Assembly: GCA_965277805.1 (NCBI GenBank)
Contig: OZ255842.1
Location: 3,392,001 to 3,456,000 of the forward strand
Source: Candidatus Lustribacter sp.
GTDB lineage: Bacteria > Vulcanimicrobiota > Vulcanimicrobiia > Vulcanimicrobiales > Vulcanimicrobiaceae
DNA length: 64,000 nt
Direction of reading: 5' to 3'
Part shown: positions 1-9,611 of the stretch, piece by piece
Layout of the letters: each line of letters opens with the position of its first letter
How positions within the stretch are numbered: the first letter of the stretch is position 1
Program-made: the position numbers and the translations under genes
Notes under the pieces: generated by a model
Told to the model about the DNA's origin: nothing
Databases searched by the model: none
The model's input: the letters and a program-made list of their open reading frames with translations, nothing else

Positions 1-435
1 CGCGAAGCCTGGGATCCGCAACCGCCGAACGTCGATACCGCGGCCGGCTTCTTCTTCAGCGCAAACACCGTCGCCGAACTCGCCGCGGCAATCGCGATGC
101 CGTATCAACGCGTGGCGATGCCCGCCGGCGAGCTCGAAGCGACAGTGACTCGTTACAACACCTTCGTCGACTCAGGCGTAGACGACGATTTCGGCAAACC
201 GGAACCGCAGTATAAGATCGAGACGCCGCCGTTCTACGCCGCTTGGGCAACACCGGTCGTGCACGATTCGCGCGCCGGCGTGCGCATCAATGCAAAGTGC
301 GAAGTGATCGACTTGCACGGTGACGTCATTCCGGGGCTCTATTGCGGCGGCGAATCAGCCGGTGGCTTCAGCCAGCACGGGCTCGCGCGCGCACTATGTC
401 AGGGGCTGATCGCCGCGCGGAACGCGCTTACGTGA
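1..435 (+). CDS. FAD-binding protein (flavocytochrome c / fumarate reductase flavoprotein-like), C-terminal part, truncated by window edge
   Basis: Frame open from base 1; motifs 'TVTRYNTFVDSGVDDDFGK', 'PPFYAAW' and 'VIPGLYCGGESAGG' are typical of the FAD_binding_2 C-terminus. Confidence 0.8.
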   Translation, partial: REAWDPQPPNVDTAAGFFFSANTVAELAAAIAMPYQRVAMPAGELEATVTRYNTFVDSGVDDDFGKPEPQYKIETPPFYAAWATPVVHDSRAGVRINAKCEVIDLHGDVIPGLYCGGESAGGFSQHGLARALCQGLIAARNALT

Positions 436-742
436 GTACGCGCAAAGCCGCGTCGATCGCTTCATTCGAAGGGTCCCAGTCGCCGCGGCCGGCCGGGGTG
501 AGATCGAGCAAACTATAAGACGGCGTCAGCAAATCGATCCCGCGCCCACGATCCTCGAGGACCGGGTGCGCGGTGTACGTATGACGGTCCCGGGCGAACG
601 CCGGCCCGTCGTCCGAGAGCAGGCGCAGGCGACTCCACTCACGATGCGCGGCCCACTCGCGCAAGCGCTCCATGGGAGGAACGAACGGCCCCGGTGGCAA
701 GTTGCGGCGCATTGCGGCAACCGCTTCGATACGATCGCGCAA
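428..742 (-). pseudogene. DUF899-family (thioredoxin-like) remnant with in-frame internal deletions
   Basis: 'AAMRRNLP' and 'LDLTPAGR' match 'AAERRRMP' and 'LDLTPLGR' of the intact DUF899 at 53602-54315, but lie 63 aa apart instead of 145; the CxxC segment is absent. Confidence 0.65.
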
Positions 743-746
743 CCGG

Positions 747-1379
747 CTAGCGCTGAACCGCCTCGGCGTTCGGAATCCGCTGCAGCCACGGCTGTTTGTC
801 TTTCATCTGCTGCTCCCAATCGATAATCGACGGTAACGCGTCCAACGTCAGGCCGATGTCATCGAGTCCGCGCAGCAGCGCATCCCGTTCGGCGGGCGCA
901 ATCGAGAACCGGTACGTCGCCGGGCCCGGTCCGGCGATCGTTTGCGCGACGAGGTCGACGGTGCATGGCGTCGCTCCGTCGGCGGTAACGACCGCGTCTT
1001 CGAATGCGGCGGCATCGCCGGCATCGAGCGAGATCGGCAGCAAGCCGTTCTTCAGGCAATTCTCGCGGAAGATGTCGGCGAACGAGCGCGCGACGACGAC
1101 CCGGATGCCGAAGCCCAATAGCGCCCAGACGGCGCTCTCGCGCGAACTTCCCGAACCGAAATTGTTGCGCGCGACGAGCACGGCAGCGTGGCGAAACGGC
1201 GCGCGGTTGAGGACGAAATCCGCATTCTCCGTACCGTCCGTCGTGCGGCGCCGGCGCGAGAACAGCAGTTCCGCGTAGTCCGGTTTGAAGGCCGCGGTCG
1301 CCGGCGCGATCTGATCGGTGTTGATATCGTCTTCCAAGAGCGGGGCGGCTGCGCCCGTCACGCGATCAAACGGCTGCAT
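747..1379 (-). CDS. leuD: 3-isopropylmalate dehydratase small subunit family (LeuD-like)
   Basis: 'DINTDQI', 'NFGSGSSRESAVWAL', 'SFADIFRENCLKNGLLP', 'GLDDIGLTL'. Confidence 0.9.
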   Translation of the reverse strand: MQPFDRVTGAAAPLLEDDINTDQIAPATAAFKPDYAELLFSRRRRTTDGTENADFVLNRAPFRHAAVLVARNNFGSGSSRESAVWALLGFGIRVVVARSFADIFRENCLKNGLLPISLDAGDAAAFEDAVVTADGATPCTVDLVAQTIAGPGPATYRFSIAPAERDALLRGLDDIGLTLDALPSIIDWEQQMKDKQPWLQRIPNAEAVQR

Positions 1380-2802
1380 CGTTCACATTCTCCCATCCAC
1401 CCGCCCGCGTTACGTCGACGATGCGTCCGGCGATCGCCGCGGCCGCCGCCATCGCCGGCCCGACCAAATGCGTTCGCACGCCGGGACCTTGGCGATTCTC
1501 GAAGTTCCGGTTGCTGGTGGCGACGCTGCGTTCGCCGGGCTTGGCCAAGTCGCCGTTCGCCCCAGCGCACATCGAGCAGCCCGACTCGTGCCACTCGAAG
1601 CCCGCGTCGAGAAACACGCGGTCCAGACCGCGCTTTTCCGCCTCGCGCTTTACGCCCGACGATCCGGGCACGACGATCGCGCGCACGCGCGCCGCGACTT
1701 GCCGTCCGCGCGCGACGGCCGCTGCAAGTTCGAGATCCTCGATGCGCGCGTTCGTGCACGATCCGATGAACACCCGATCGATGACGAGTCCGTCAACCGG
1801 CGTTCCCGGCGTCAGGCCCATATACGCGAGCGCGCGTTCGATCGCCGGCGCGCGCTCGGGGTCCGCGGTCGCGGGATCGGGAACGACGCCGTCGATGCCG
1901 ACCACCTGGCTCTGGTCCGTACCCCAGGTGACTTGCGGCGTCAGCGTGCTGCAGTCGACGTGCACTTCGCGGTCGAACTCCGCACCCGGATCGCTCGCGA
2001 GTTCGCGCCACGCTGCGAGCGCGGCATCGCGATCCGCGCCTTGCGGCGCGAGCAGGCGGCCGTCGACGTAGGCGATCGTCTTTTCATCGGGCGCAACGAT
2101 GCCGGTGCGCGCGCCGAATTCGATCGTCATGTTGCACAACGTGAAACGCGCCTCGACCGATAGCGCGCGCGTCACGTCGCCCGCATACTCGACCATGAAG
2201 CCGCGGCCGCCGGCCACGCCGATCATGCCTATGAGGTGCAAGATCACGTCTTTCGCCGTAACGCCGTCGCGCAGCGTACCGTCGAGCCAGATGCGCATCT
2301 GCTTCGGCTTTTGCATCGCGACCGTTTGCGTCGCGAGCACGTGCTCGAGTTCGCTCGTACCGCAGGCAAACGCCAGCGCACCGAGACCGCCGACCGTGCA
2401 AGCGTGGCTGTCGGGACACGCGTACGTTGAACCCGGCAATACGAGACCGAGTTCGGGCGCGATGACGTGCGCGATGCCTTGCTCGGCGTCGCCGACGTCG
2501 AACAGGCGAAAGCCGTAGCGTTGGGCGCCCGCTCGCATGCCTTGCGCGAATTGCAGCGACTTCGGATTGGTCGCATCGGTGCGGCCCGGCGTCGTGGCCG
2601 GCGAGTGATCGAGCACGCCGAACGTGAGGTCGGGCCGCCGGACGGTGCGCTGCGTTTGCTCGAGCTTCGCGTAAGCGTGCGAGCCGTGCAAGTCGTGCAC
2701 GACGTTGCGATCCATGTAGATGATCTCGCGACCGTCGCCGCGCACGCCGGCGCGATGCGCATCCCAGATCTTGTCGAGTAACGTCTGCGGCGAAGTGGTC
2801 AT
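1366..2802 (-). CDS. leuC: 3-isopropylmalate dehydratase large subunit family (LeuC-like, aconitase fold, Fe-S)
   Basis: 'TLLDKIWDAH', 'DSH', 'VFIGSCTNARIEDL', 'GCSMC', 'STSNRNFE'-like 'ATSNRNFENRQG'; overlaps leuD start. Confidence 0.92.
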   Translation of the reverse strand: MTTSPQTLLDKIWDAHRAGVRGDGREIIYMDRNVVHDLHGSHAYAKLEQTQRTVRRPDLTFGVLDHSPATTPGRTDATNPKSLQFAQGMRAGAQRYGFRLFDVGDAEQGIAHVIAPELGLVLPGSTYACPDSHACTVGGLGALAFACGTSELEHVLATQTVAMQKPKQMRIWLDGTLRDGVTAKDVILHLIGMIGVAGGRGFMVEYAGDVTRALSVEARFTLCNMTIEFGARTGIVAPDEKTIAYVDGRLLAPQGADRDAALAAWRELASDPGAEFDREVHVDCSTLTPQVTWGTDQSQVVGIDGVVPDPATADPERAPAIERALAYMGLTPGTPVDGLVIDRVFIGSCTNARIEDLELAAAVARGRQVAARVRAIVVPGSSGVKREAEKRGLDRVFLDAGFEWHESGCSMCAGANGDLAKPGERSVATSNRNFENRQGPGVRTHLVGPAMAAAAAIAGRIVDVTRAGGWENVNDAAV

Positions 2803-2814
2803 CGCGCTACGTTC

Positions 2815-3219
2815 TCACCGCGTCTTGGGCGCCCCTATGGCAAGAAAGGCAGCGGCTGCGCGCTTGGGCGCGCGCGACAACCAACTCTCGACGAGCAAGC
2901 CGCGCAATTCAGCCGCTGAAATCTTAGCCAGGATCACGAGCACGGCCGGATAGCCGTCGAAGTGCGAGGTCGTAAAGAACGCGCGCGGGTTTGCGGCCAG
3001 CAACGCCTCTTTCATCTCCAAATCCGCAGTGCGAACTCCCAGAATCGCGCCGCCGGGAGCGCGCTTACCAAGCTCCGCGAGGTCCGACTTCCGCAACGGC
3101 CGCTCCCAAGCGAACGATTTGCCGTGCACCGTCCACGTCGCGCTCTCCCCGCTCGTGTTCTTTTCCGCCGTGTCCGGGAGTCCGAGTGCGATCTTCCGGA
3201 CGTCACGCCACGTTGCCAT
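2815..3219 (-). CDS. MmcQ/YjbR family protein
   Basis: 'MATWRDVRKIALGLP', 'FAWERPLRKSD', 'FFTTSHFDGYPAVLV', 'ESWLSRAPKR'; start trimmed to ATG 3219. Confidence 0.85.
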   Translation of the reverse strand: MATWRDVRKIALGLPDTAEKNTSGESATWTVHGKSFAWERPLRKSDLAELGKRAPGGAILGVRTADLEMKEALLAANPRAFFTTSHFDGYPAVLVILAKISAAELRGLLVESWLSRAPKRAAAAFLAIGAPKTR

Positions 3220-3259
3220 CGTTCGTTTCCTTTCGCGATCGAGGGGAAAGAGTGTGCTC

Positions 3260-3682
3260 ATGCGCGCCTTTCGAACGAACGTCATTCCGGCCATGCTCGG
3301 CGTCGGCCTCATGCTCGCGGGTTGCAGCCAACATACGGAAAAGACGGCCGAGCGGTCCGTCTCGCCGCTGATCGGAACGTGGACGCGCGACGGCAACACC
3401 CCCCGAGGGACCGGAGGCAGCGGGCCGCAGTTCACAAAGCTGACCTTCGCCGCCGATGGATCGCTCAATGCCGACTACGTCGCCGGCGGCATCGGCGCGG
3501 CCATCGGCAGTTCGCCGAGCGTCAAGACGGAGAACGATACGTACGCGACGCCCGGCGGCTCGAAGCTGAGCATTGCGGAAGGCACCACTCACCTGGCCTA
3601 CTCCTATCGCGTGAGCGGGTCGAAACTCTATCTCACACCGCTCGGCGGCGGCGATGCCGCGGTGTTCACCAAAGCCGGATAA
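3260..3682 (+). CDS. Hypothetical lipoprotein (lipocalin-like beta-rich)
   Basis: RBS GAGGGG, signal peptide with lipobox 'LAGC', 'LIGTW' motif. Confidence 0.7.
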   Translation: MRAFRTNVIPAMLGVGLMLAGCSQHTEKTAERSVSPLIGTWTRDGNTPRGTGGSGPQFTKLTFAADGSLNADYVAGGIGAAIGSSPSVKTENDTYATPGGSKLSIAEGTTHLAYSYRVSGSKLYLTPLGGGDAAVFTKAG

Positions 3683-3725
3683 CCAATCGCAGGCTCGGAT
3701 ACACCGGTCCGGTAAACGTATACCG

Positions 3726-4760
3726 ATGAACCGACGTGCCGCCCTCGAACTCGCTCTCTCGGCACCGCTCGTCCTCGCCGCGAGAACCGGCGCCGATGCG
3801 CAAGCAGACGATCTCTACCCGGCCGCTCGCGCCGAGGGCGCGTTGACGATGTACATCGGCGGCGCGTCGATCAACTCGGCACCGGTCGTCAAAGCGTTCA
3901 ACGCGCGCTATCCCGGCATCGACGTGACGGTCGTGGGTGCCTATAGCAACGTCAACGACGCGATCATCGAGCAGCAGTTGCACGACCGCACGGTCACGGC
4001 CGACATCATCAGCTTCCAGACGGTGCAAGACTTCGTGCGCTGGAATGCCGCGGGCGACATCTTGCCCTACAAGTTTCCCGGCTACGAGCTCTTCGACGCA
4101 CACTACGGCGATCCGAACGGCGCGTTCATGGCGACGAATCTCAACCCGCTGACCTATCTCTATAATACCCAACAGGTCGCGGCGGCCGACGTTCCCAAAT
4201 CGGCGCTCGACTTTCTCGCACCGAAGTTTGCCGGCCGGACGATTACGTGTTATCCGCACGACGACGACGCGACGCTCTATCTCTTTCACACCTTGCAGCA
4301 GAAATACGGCTGGGAATTCGTCGACAAGTACATGGCGAACAAACCGGCGTTCGTCGAGGGGCACGCCGGCGTCGTGCAGGCGATCGCTGCGGGCACCAAA
4401 TCGGTATCGTTCGATTGCTCGGCTCATATGGTCGCCGATCCGCAAGCCAAAGGTGCGCCGCTCGCGGTGGTGTTCTCGCCGGCCGATCCGACGCCGGTGT
4501 TCTACAACACGAGCGGCATCTTGCGCGCGGCGCCGCATCCGAACGCGGCCAAGCTCTTCACCGCCTGGTATCTTTCCAAAGAGCAGCAGATTACGGCCAA
4601 CTGGTCGGCCCGCCGCGATGTGCCGCCGCCGCCGGGTTACCGGCCGCTTTCTTCGTATCACATTGCCGATGAGTATCGCGCCTTCGTCGTCAACACGGAG
4701 CTCGTCAACAGCTTGCGCGCGAAATACCTCGCCTACACGGGACCGGTGGTAAATCACTGA
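3726..4760 (+). CDS. ABC transporter substrate-binding protein (AfuA/SBP_bac_6-like), Tat-like signal
   Basis: 'MNRRAAL' leader; 'AARAEGALTMY', 'FNARYPGIDV', 'APHPNAAKLF'. Confidence 0.85.
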   Translation: MNRRAALELALSAPLVLAARTGADAQADDLYPAARAEGALTMYIGGASINSAPVVKAFNARYPGIDVTVVGAYSNVNDAIIEQQLHDRTVTADIISFQTVQDFVRWNAAGDILPYKFPGYELFDAHYGDPNGAFMATNLNPLTYLYNTQQVAAADVPKSALDFLAPKFAGRTITCYPHDDDATLYLFHTLQQKYGWEFVDKYMANKPAFVEGHAGVVQAIAAGTKSVSFDCSAHMVADPQAKGAPLAVVFSPADPTPVFYNTSGILRAAPHPNAAKLFTAWYLSKEQQITANWSARRDVPPPPGYRPLSSYHIADEYRAFVVNTELVNSLRAKYLAYTGPVVNH

Positions 4761-4761
4761 T

Positions 4762-5508
4762 ATGAGCAATGCCCCTGCGAAAAACGGCCGGATCGTGCGC
4801 GAGCTGGTGCTTGCGAACCACATTCTGGCATTCGAGAACGTGCTCGATGCGTACGGTCATGTGAGCGTGCGCAATCCGGAGAATCCGGCCTCCTTTCTCA
4901 TGTCGCGTTCGCGCAGTCCCGAGATCGTCGACCCGGACGACATCTTCGTCCACGATCTCAGCGGCAACGTCGACGGCATGGCGGCGAAGGAGCTCTATCG
5001 CGAGCGCTTCATCCACGCGGCGATTTACGAAGCGCGGCCGGAGATCGCGGCCGTGATCCACTCCCACGCCGACGACGTGCTGCCGTTTTCGATCAGCAAG
5101 CTTCCGCTTCAAGCCGTGTTCCATGCCGCGAGTTCGATCGGCGCCAAGCCCGTGCCGGTGTGGGACATTCGCCGGGACTTCGGCGACACGAACCTGCTCG
5201 TGGAGAGCATCGATCAGGGCCGCAGCCTCACGCGCACCATGGCCGGCGGCTCGATCGTCCTCATGCGCGGCCACGGCTTCGCCGCCGGCGGCAGCTCGCT
5301 GATCTACTTGCTGAAGATGGCCGCAGCGCTGCCGCGCAACGCACGCATTCTGCTCGACACGATGCACGCCGGCGGCGAGGTCGTACCGCTCTCCGAAGGC
5401 GAGGTCGCGCTGCGCGATGCAACGGATCTCAGCCTGCCCGCCGGCCAACGGCAGTGGGAATACTGGTGCCGCAAGCTCGGCGTCGCGTACGAACCCGGCG
5501 GTTTTTAG
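4762..5508 (+). CDS. Class II aldolase/adducin family protein (decarboxylase-like)
   Basis: 'DAYGHVSVR', 'ERFIHAAIYEARPE', 'VIHSH', 'VLMRGHG'. Confidence 0.88.
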   Translation: MSNAPAKNGRIVRELVLANHILAFENVLDAYGHVSVRNPENPASFLMSRSRSPEIVDPDDIFVHDLSGNVDGMAAKELYRERFIHAAIYEARPEIAAVIHSHADDVLPFSISKLPLQAVFHAASSIGAKPVPVWDIRRDFGDTNLLVESIDQGRSLTRTMAGGSIVLMRGHGFAAGGSSLIYLLKMAAALPRNARILLDTMHAGGEVVPLSEGEVALRDATDLSLPAGQRQWEYWCRKLGVAYEPGGF

Positions 5509-5518
5509 GAGATCGTCC

Positions 5519-6475
5519 ATGCTCACACGCTGTCTGTCTGCCCTCGTGCTGGTGTTCGCGCTCGCGAGCCCGCAAGCGGTGCGGCCGCAAGAGTTGCCGA
5601 CGATCCATATCGCGTCGGTCACGAACGACACGTGTTCGGCGATCCTCTACGCGATGAAGCTCGGGCTCTTTCAAAAAGCCGGCCTCAACATCGACTTTCA
5701 AGGCATGAACAGCGGTGCTGCGGCATCCGCCGCCGTGGCCGGGGGCGCGGCGCAATTCGGCCAATCGAGTTTAGTCACGCTGATCGATGCGCACGCGCGC
5801 GGCATTCCGTTCACGCTGATCGCACCGAGCGGCATCATCACCCGCGGCTCGCTCTACGCCGCGGCGCTCGTCCGCAGCGACTCGCCGATCAAGACCGGTG
5901 CCGACCTCAACGGCAAAACGTTCGCCGTTCCCGCCATCAAGGACCTCAATCAGATCGCGGCCATGGCGTGGGTCGATCAAAACGGCGGTGATTCGCGCAC
6001 GCTTAAGTTCATCGAGCTCTCGGCGCCCGCGACGATCGCCGCGATCGAAGACGGCCGCGTCGACGCGGGCAACGTGGGCACGCCGACCCTCACGATCGCG
6101 CTCGAGGGCGGCAAGACGCGCATCATGGCGTCGGTGTTCGATGCATTCGGCAGCCGTTTCGCCAACACGGGCTGGTTCACGACGGCGGATTATGCCAAAA
6201 ACAATCCGGATACGGTCACCCGCTTTGCGAACGTGATGCGGCAAGCATCCCAACTCGCCAACGCCCACCACGCCGAGACGGCCGCGCTGCTTGCCGATTA
6301 TTTCAAGGGCGATCCCAAAGTCTACGCGCGCATGTCCCGCGTCGTCTTCGCCGACGCCCTCGATCCGCGCGACATCCAGCCGCTCATCGACGCGGCGGCG
6401 AAATACAAGGCGATCGACCGCGCGTTTCCGGCGCAGGAGATGATCAGCCCGCTCGCACTTGGGGCGAAGCGCTAA
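5519..6475 (+). CDS. ABC substrate-binding protein, SsuA/NMT1/THI5 family
   Basis: RBS AGGAG; signal peptide; 'GLFQKAGLNID', 'SPIKTGADLNGKT', 'GRVDAG'. Confidence 0.88.
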   Translation: MLTRCLSALVLVFALASPQAVRPQELPTIHIASVTNDTCSAILYAMKLGLFQKAGLNIDFQGMNSGAAASAAVAGGAAQFGQSSLVTLIDAHARGIPFTLIAPSGIITRGSLYAAALVRSDSPIKTGADLNGKTFAVPAIKDLNQIAAMAWVDQNGGDSRTLKFIELSAPATIAAIEDGRVDAGNVGTPTLTIALEGGKTRIMASVFDAFGSRFANTGWFTTADYAKNNPDTVTRFANVMRQASQLANAHHAETAALLADYFKGDPKVYARMSRVVFADALDPRDIQPLIDAAAKYKAIDRAFPAQEMISPLALGAKR

Positions 6476-6480
6476 GCGCG

Positions 6481-7323
6481 GTGCACGAACTCAGCCTCGC
6501 AAACCTGACGGTAGCCGATGCCGGTCCGCTCGAACTGCTTGATGCGGCGGCCGGCGCCGGCTTCGACTCCGTCAACATGTGGCTGATCCCGCCGCCGGCG
6601 ATGGCCGCCTTTAACGTGAAGTGCGGTGCCGTGACGCCGGCAGTCGGCAACGCAGCGCTGATTCGCGCGATCAACGCGCGGACCGCGGCGACGGGCGTGC
6701 GCGTCTTCGAGGCGTCGTGCAGTTGGCTCTCGCCTGCGTTCGACCGCGCCGAAGTCGCGCCGGTGCTCGAGACGATGGCGCAGATCGGAACTCGGCGCGT
6801 ATCGGTCGTCGGCTGGGATCCCGACCGGACGCGTTTGATCGCTAACCTCGCCGCGCTCTGCGCTGATGCCGCCGTTTACGGCATGACGGTGACGCTCGAG
6901 TTCATGCCATACAGTGCGGTGCGCACCGTTGCCGACACCGCCGGACTGCTCGCCGCCGCCGGCGCGCCGAACCTCGACGTGCTGGTCGATGCGTTGCATC
7001 TCGCGCGCTCGGGCGGAACGCCGGCCGGCTTGCAGGTGCTCGATCCGCGTCAAATCGGCGTCGTGCAACTCTGCGATGCGCCCGCAGCTGCTCCGCTGCC
7101 CGACCGGCTGCGCGATGAGTCCGTCAACCGCCGGCTCTATCCCGGCGAAGGCGAATTGCCGCTGGACGCATTACTCGATGCATTGCCGAGTGACATCGTC
7201 ATCGAGATCGAATGCCCGACCGTCGAGCATGCGGAGGAGTCGATCGTGGAACGTGCGCGTCTGTGCGCGGAGCGCAGCCGGCGATTCTTGGAAGAATACC
7301 GCTCGCGCCGAGCCGTCCGATAG
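6481..7323 (+). CDS. Sugar phosphate isomerase/epimerase family (xylose isomerase-like TIM barrel)
   Basis: 'LEFMPYS', 'VDALHLARSGG', 'VQLCDA', 'RLYPGEGELPL'. Confidence 0.85.
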   Translation: MHELSLANLTVADAGPLELLDAAAGAGFDSVNMWLIPPPAMAAFNVKCGAVTPAVGNAALIRAINARTAATGVRVFEASCSWLSPAFDRAEVAPVLETMAQIGTRRVSVVGWDPDRTRLIANLAALCADAAVYGMTVTLEFMPYSAVRTVADTAGLLAAAGAPNLDVLVDALHLARSGGTPAGLQVLDPRQIGVVQLCDAPAAAPLPDRLRDESVNRRLYPGEGELPLDALLDALPSDIVIEIECPTVEHAEESIVERARLCAERSRRFLEEYRSRRAVR

Positions 7324-7331
7324 GAGAACAC

Positions 7332-8165
7332 GTGGTCAACGCCGAGCAAGCCACCCACTGGAATACTGCCGCGGGACCGCGTTGGGCGACGCTTGCGGAT
7401 CGCACCGACCGGCTTTTCGCCGAGGTGACGTCCGCGCTGTTGAAGTTCGCCGATGTGCAGGGCGGTGAAGCCGTGCTCGACGTCGGTTGCGGTTGCGGCG
7501 TCACCTCGCTCGCTGCCGCGCGCGCGGCCGGATCGGCGGGCAGCGTCCTCGGCGTCGATTTCTCGGTGCCGATGCTCGCGGTCGCCGAACGGCGCGCGCG
7601 CGAGGCGGGGCTATCGAACGTGCGGTTCATCGCAGCCGACGCCGCATTGCACGCATTCGAGCCGCAGCATTTCGATCTGCTCCTCTCGCAGCTCGGCGTT
7701 ATGTTCTTCGACGATACCGTCCGCGCGTTTGCGAACCTCTACGATGCGCTGCGCCCCGGCGGACGTCTGCGCATCGCGTGTTTTCGCAGCCTGATCGAGA
7801 ACGATTGGTTTTCGGTGCCGCTCGCCGCGGCGCGGAAACACGTCAACGTTCCGCCGCCGGGTAATCCGACGGCTCCCGGACCCACATCGCTTGCCGATCC
7901 GGATCATCTGCGAACCGTGCTTCGCGCGGCCGGCTTCGGCGGGATCGAACTGCGCCCGCTCAATGTCTTGCTTCCCGCCGGTACGCGCGCCGAAGCGGTG
8001 GAGCTTTTCTCGCGCGTCGGATCGCTCTCGCGAGCGCTCGCAGGCGCAAACGACGATCAGCGAACGGCCGTCACCGCCGCCCTCGAGGAAGCGTTGCGCG
8101 ACTACGAATCTTCCGGCGAAGTCGAACTCGGCGCGGGCCTCTGGCTCGTGAGCGCCCGCGCATGA
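7332..8165 (+). CDS. Class I SAM-dependent methyltransferase
   Basis: RBS AGGAG with GTG 7332; 'VLDVGCGCG', 'GVMFFDD', 'ALRPGGRL'. Confidence 0.88.
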   Translation: MVNAEQATHWNTAAGPRWATLADRTDRLFAEVTSALLKFADVQGGEAVLDVGCGCGVTSLAAARAAGSAGSVLGVDFSVPMLAVAERRAREAGLSNVRFIAADAALHAFEPQHFDLLLSQLGVMFFDDTVRAFANLYDALRPGGRLRIACFRSLIENDWFSVPLAAARKHVNVPPPGNPTAPGPTSLADPDHLRTVLRAAGFGGIELRPLNVLLPAGTRAEAVELFSRVGSLSRALAGANDDQRTAVTAALEEALRDYESSGEVELGAGLWLVSARA

Positions 8166-9121
8166 GCGGCATGCTTTCCCGTAAGCGCGCCTCGGCGCTG
8201 TTGCTCGGCGGCCTCGCACTCGGTGCGTCGACTGCCGCGCTCCGTGCGCAAGACACTGCCAAGCTCCGGATCGCCACCATACCGATCGAACCCGGCGCAC
8301 AGGTTTATTACGCGCAGGACATGGGCTTCTTCGCGAAAGCCGGATTCGATGTCGACGTTACGGCGATGACGACCGGGCCGGGCATTGCGGCAGCGCTCGT
8401 TTCGAACGCGGTCGACATCGGCTTCGGCAGCGTCGATGCGGTCGCGGCAATCCATCAGAAGAACGTACCGCTCGTCCTGATCGCCGCGGCGTCGGACTAC
8501 GTGCCGGCCAGCGCGCGAACCACGGCCCTCGTCGTGCCGGCCGCGTCTCCGCTGCAGACGGCGAAAGATCTGAAAGGCAAGACGATCGCCGTTACCGCGA
8601 TCAACGGCATCACTCACACCGTCGCTGAGGCGTGGCTCGATCAAAACGGCGGCGATTCATCGCTGGGCAAGTTCGTGGAGCTCCCGCTCGCGGCGATGCC
8701 CGCCGCGCTCGACGCCGGACGCGTCGATGCGGTATGGATATCGCAACCGTTTCTCGAGCAAGCCAAGAAAAACGGCCGCGTACTGGTCTACGGATTCGAT
8801 ACCGTCGCGAAGCGCTTCATCTCAACCGCGTGGCTCACGACCGCACAGTGGGCGAACGATCACCCGGCGTTCGTGCGGCGCTTTGCAGCCGTCATGCGCC
8901 AAACCGCGGTGTGGGCCAACACGAACAACGCGGCGAGCGCACAGGTCCTAGCAAGGTACACCAAAGCCGATCCGGCGGTCATCGCAACGCAAGCCCGCAG
9001 TCATTTCGCCGAGGACCTGAATCCGGGGGCCTTACAGCCCCTCATCGACGTCGCCGCGAAATACAATAACTTCGCAACGTTCCCGGCCCGCGAACTCATT
9101 TTCGCAAGCGTTCGTACATGA
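8162..9121 (+). CDS. ABC substrate-binding protein, SsuA/NMT1/THI5 family
   Basis: ATGA overlap with upstream gene; 'YYAQDMGFFAKAGFDV', 'DLKGKTIAV', 'GRVDAVW'. Confidence 0.88.
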   Translation: MSGMLSRKRASALLLGGLALGASTAALRAQDTAKLRIATIPIEPGAQVYYAQDMGFFAKAGFDVDVTAMTTGPGIAAALVSNAVDIGFGSVDAVAAIHQKNVPLVLIAAASDYVPASARTTALVVPAASPLQTAKDLKGKTIAVTAINGITHTVAEAWLDQNGGDSSLGKFVELPLAAMPAALDAGRVDAVWISQPFLEQAKKNGRVLVYGFDTVAKRFISTAWLTTAQWANDHPAFVRRFAAVMRQTAVWANTNNAASAQVLARYTKADPAVIATQARSHFAEDLNPGALQPLIDVAAKYNNFATFPARELIFASVRT

Positions 9122-9611
9122 TCACCGGCTGAGCGTTGAGCGTGGTGCGGACGTGTTCGTGAAAGCCGGTCTTCCCGGCAACGCCGATCGACGCCGCATT
9201 CGTTTCGGTGATGAGCGCCACGATACGCGTCGCATCGAGCGATGCGTCGGCCCACGCAAGCATCGCCTCCACGGCTTCGGTTGCATACCCTCGGCCTTGC
9301 ATGGCCGGTGCAAGCGCCCAGCCCGCCTCGGGAACGTCATCGATCGACGGTACGATGTCGCGTTTGAAATGGTACAACCCGACCTCGCCCACGAACGCTC
9401 CGGTTGACGCTTCTTCCACCACGAGCGTCCCATATGGACGCGCGGCCCAATGGCCGATTGCGGCGAGAACCCGAAGCCACGATTGCTGGCGCGTCGACGG
9501 CACGCCGTTAGCGATATGCTGCGTGACCCGTGGATTCGACCACATCGCGTGCGATGCATCGAAATCATCCGGGGTCGGCCGCCGCATGCGCAGCCGTTCG
9601 GTTTCGATCAA
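9096..9611 (-). CDS. GNAT N-acetyltransferase (RimJ/RimL-like)
   Basis: 'IETERLRMR', 'QGRGYATEA', 'NAASIGVA'; TTG start overlaps upstream TGA (TTGA). Confidence 0.88.
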   Translation of the reverse strand: MIETERLRMRRPTPDDFDASHAMWSNPRVTQHIANGVPSTRQQSWLRVLAAIGHWAARPYGTLVVEEASTGAFVGEVGLYHFKRDIVPSIDDVPEAGWALAPAMQGRGYATEAVEAMLAWADASLDATRIVALITETNAASIGVAGKTGFHEHVRTTLNAQPVIMYERLRK

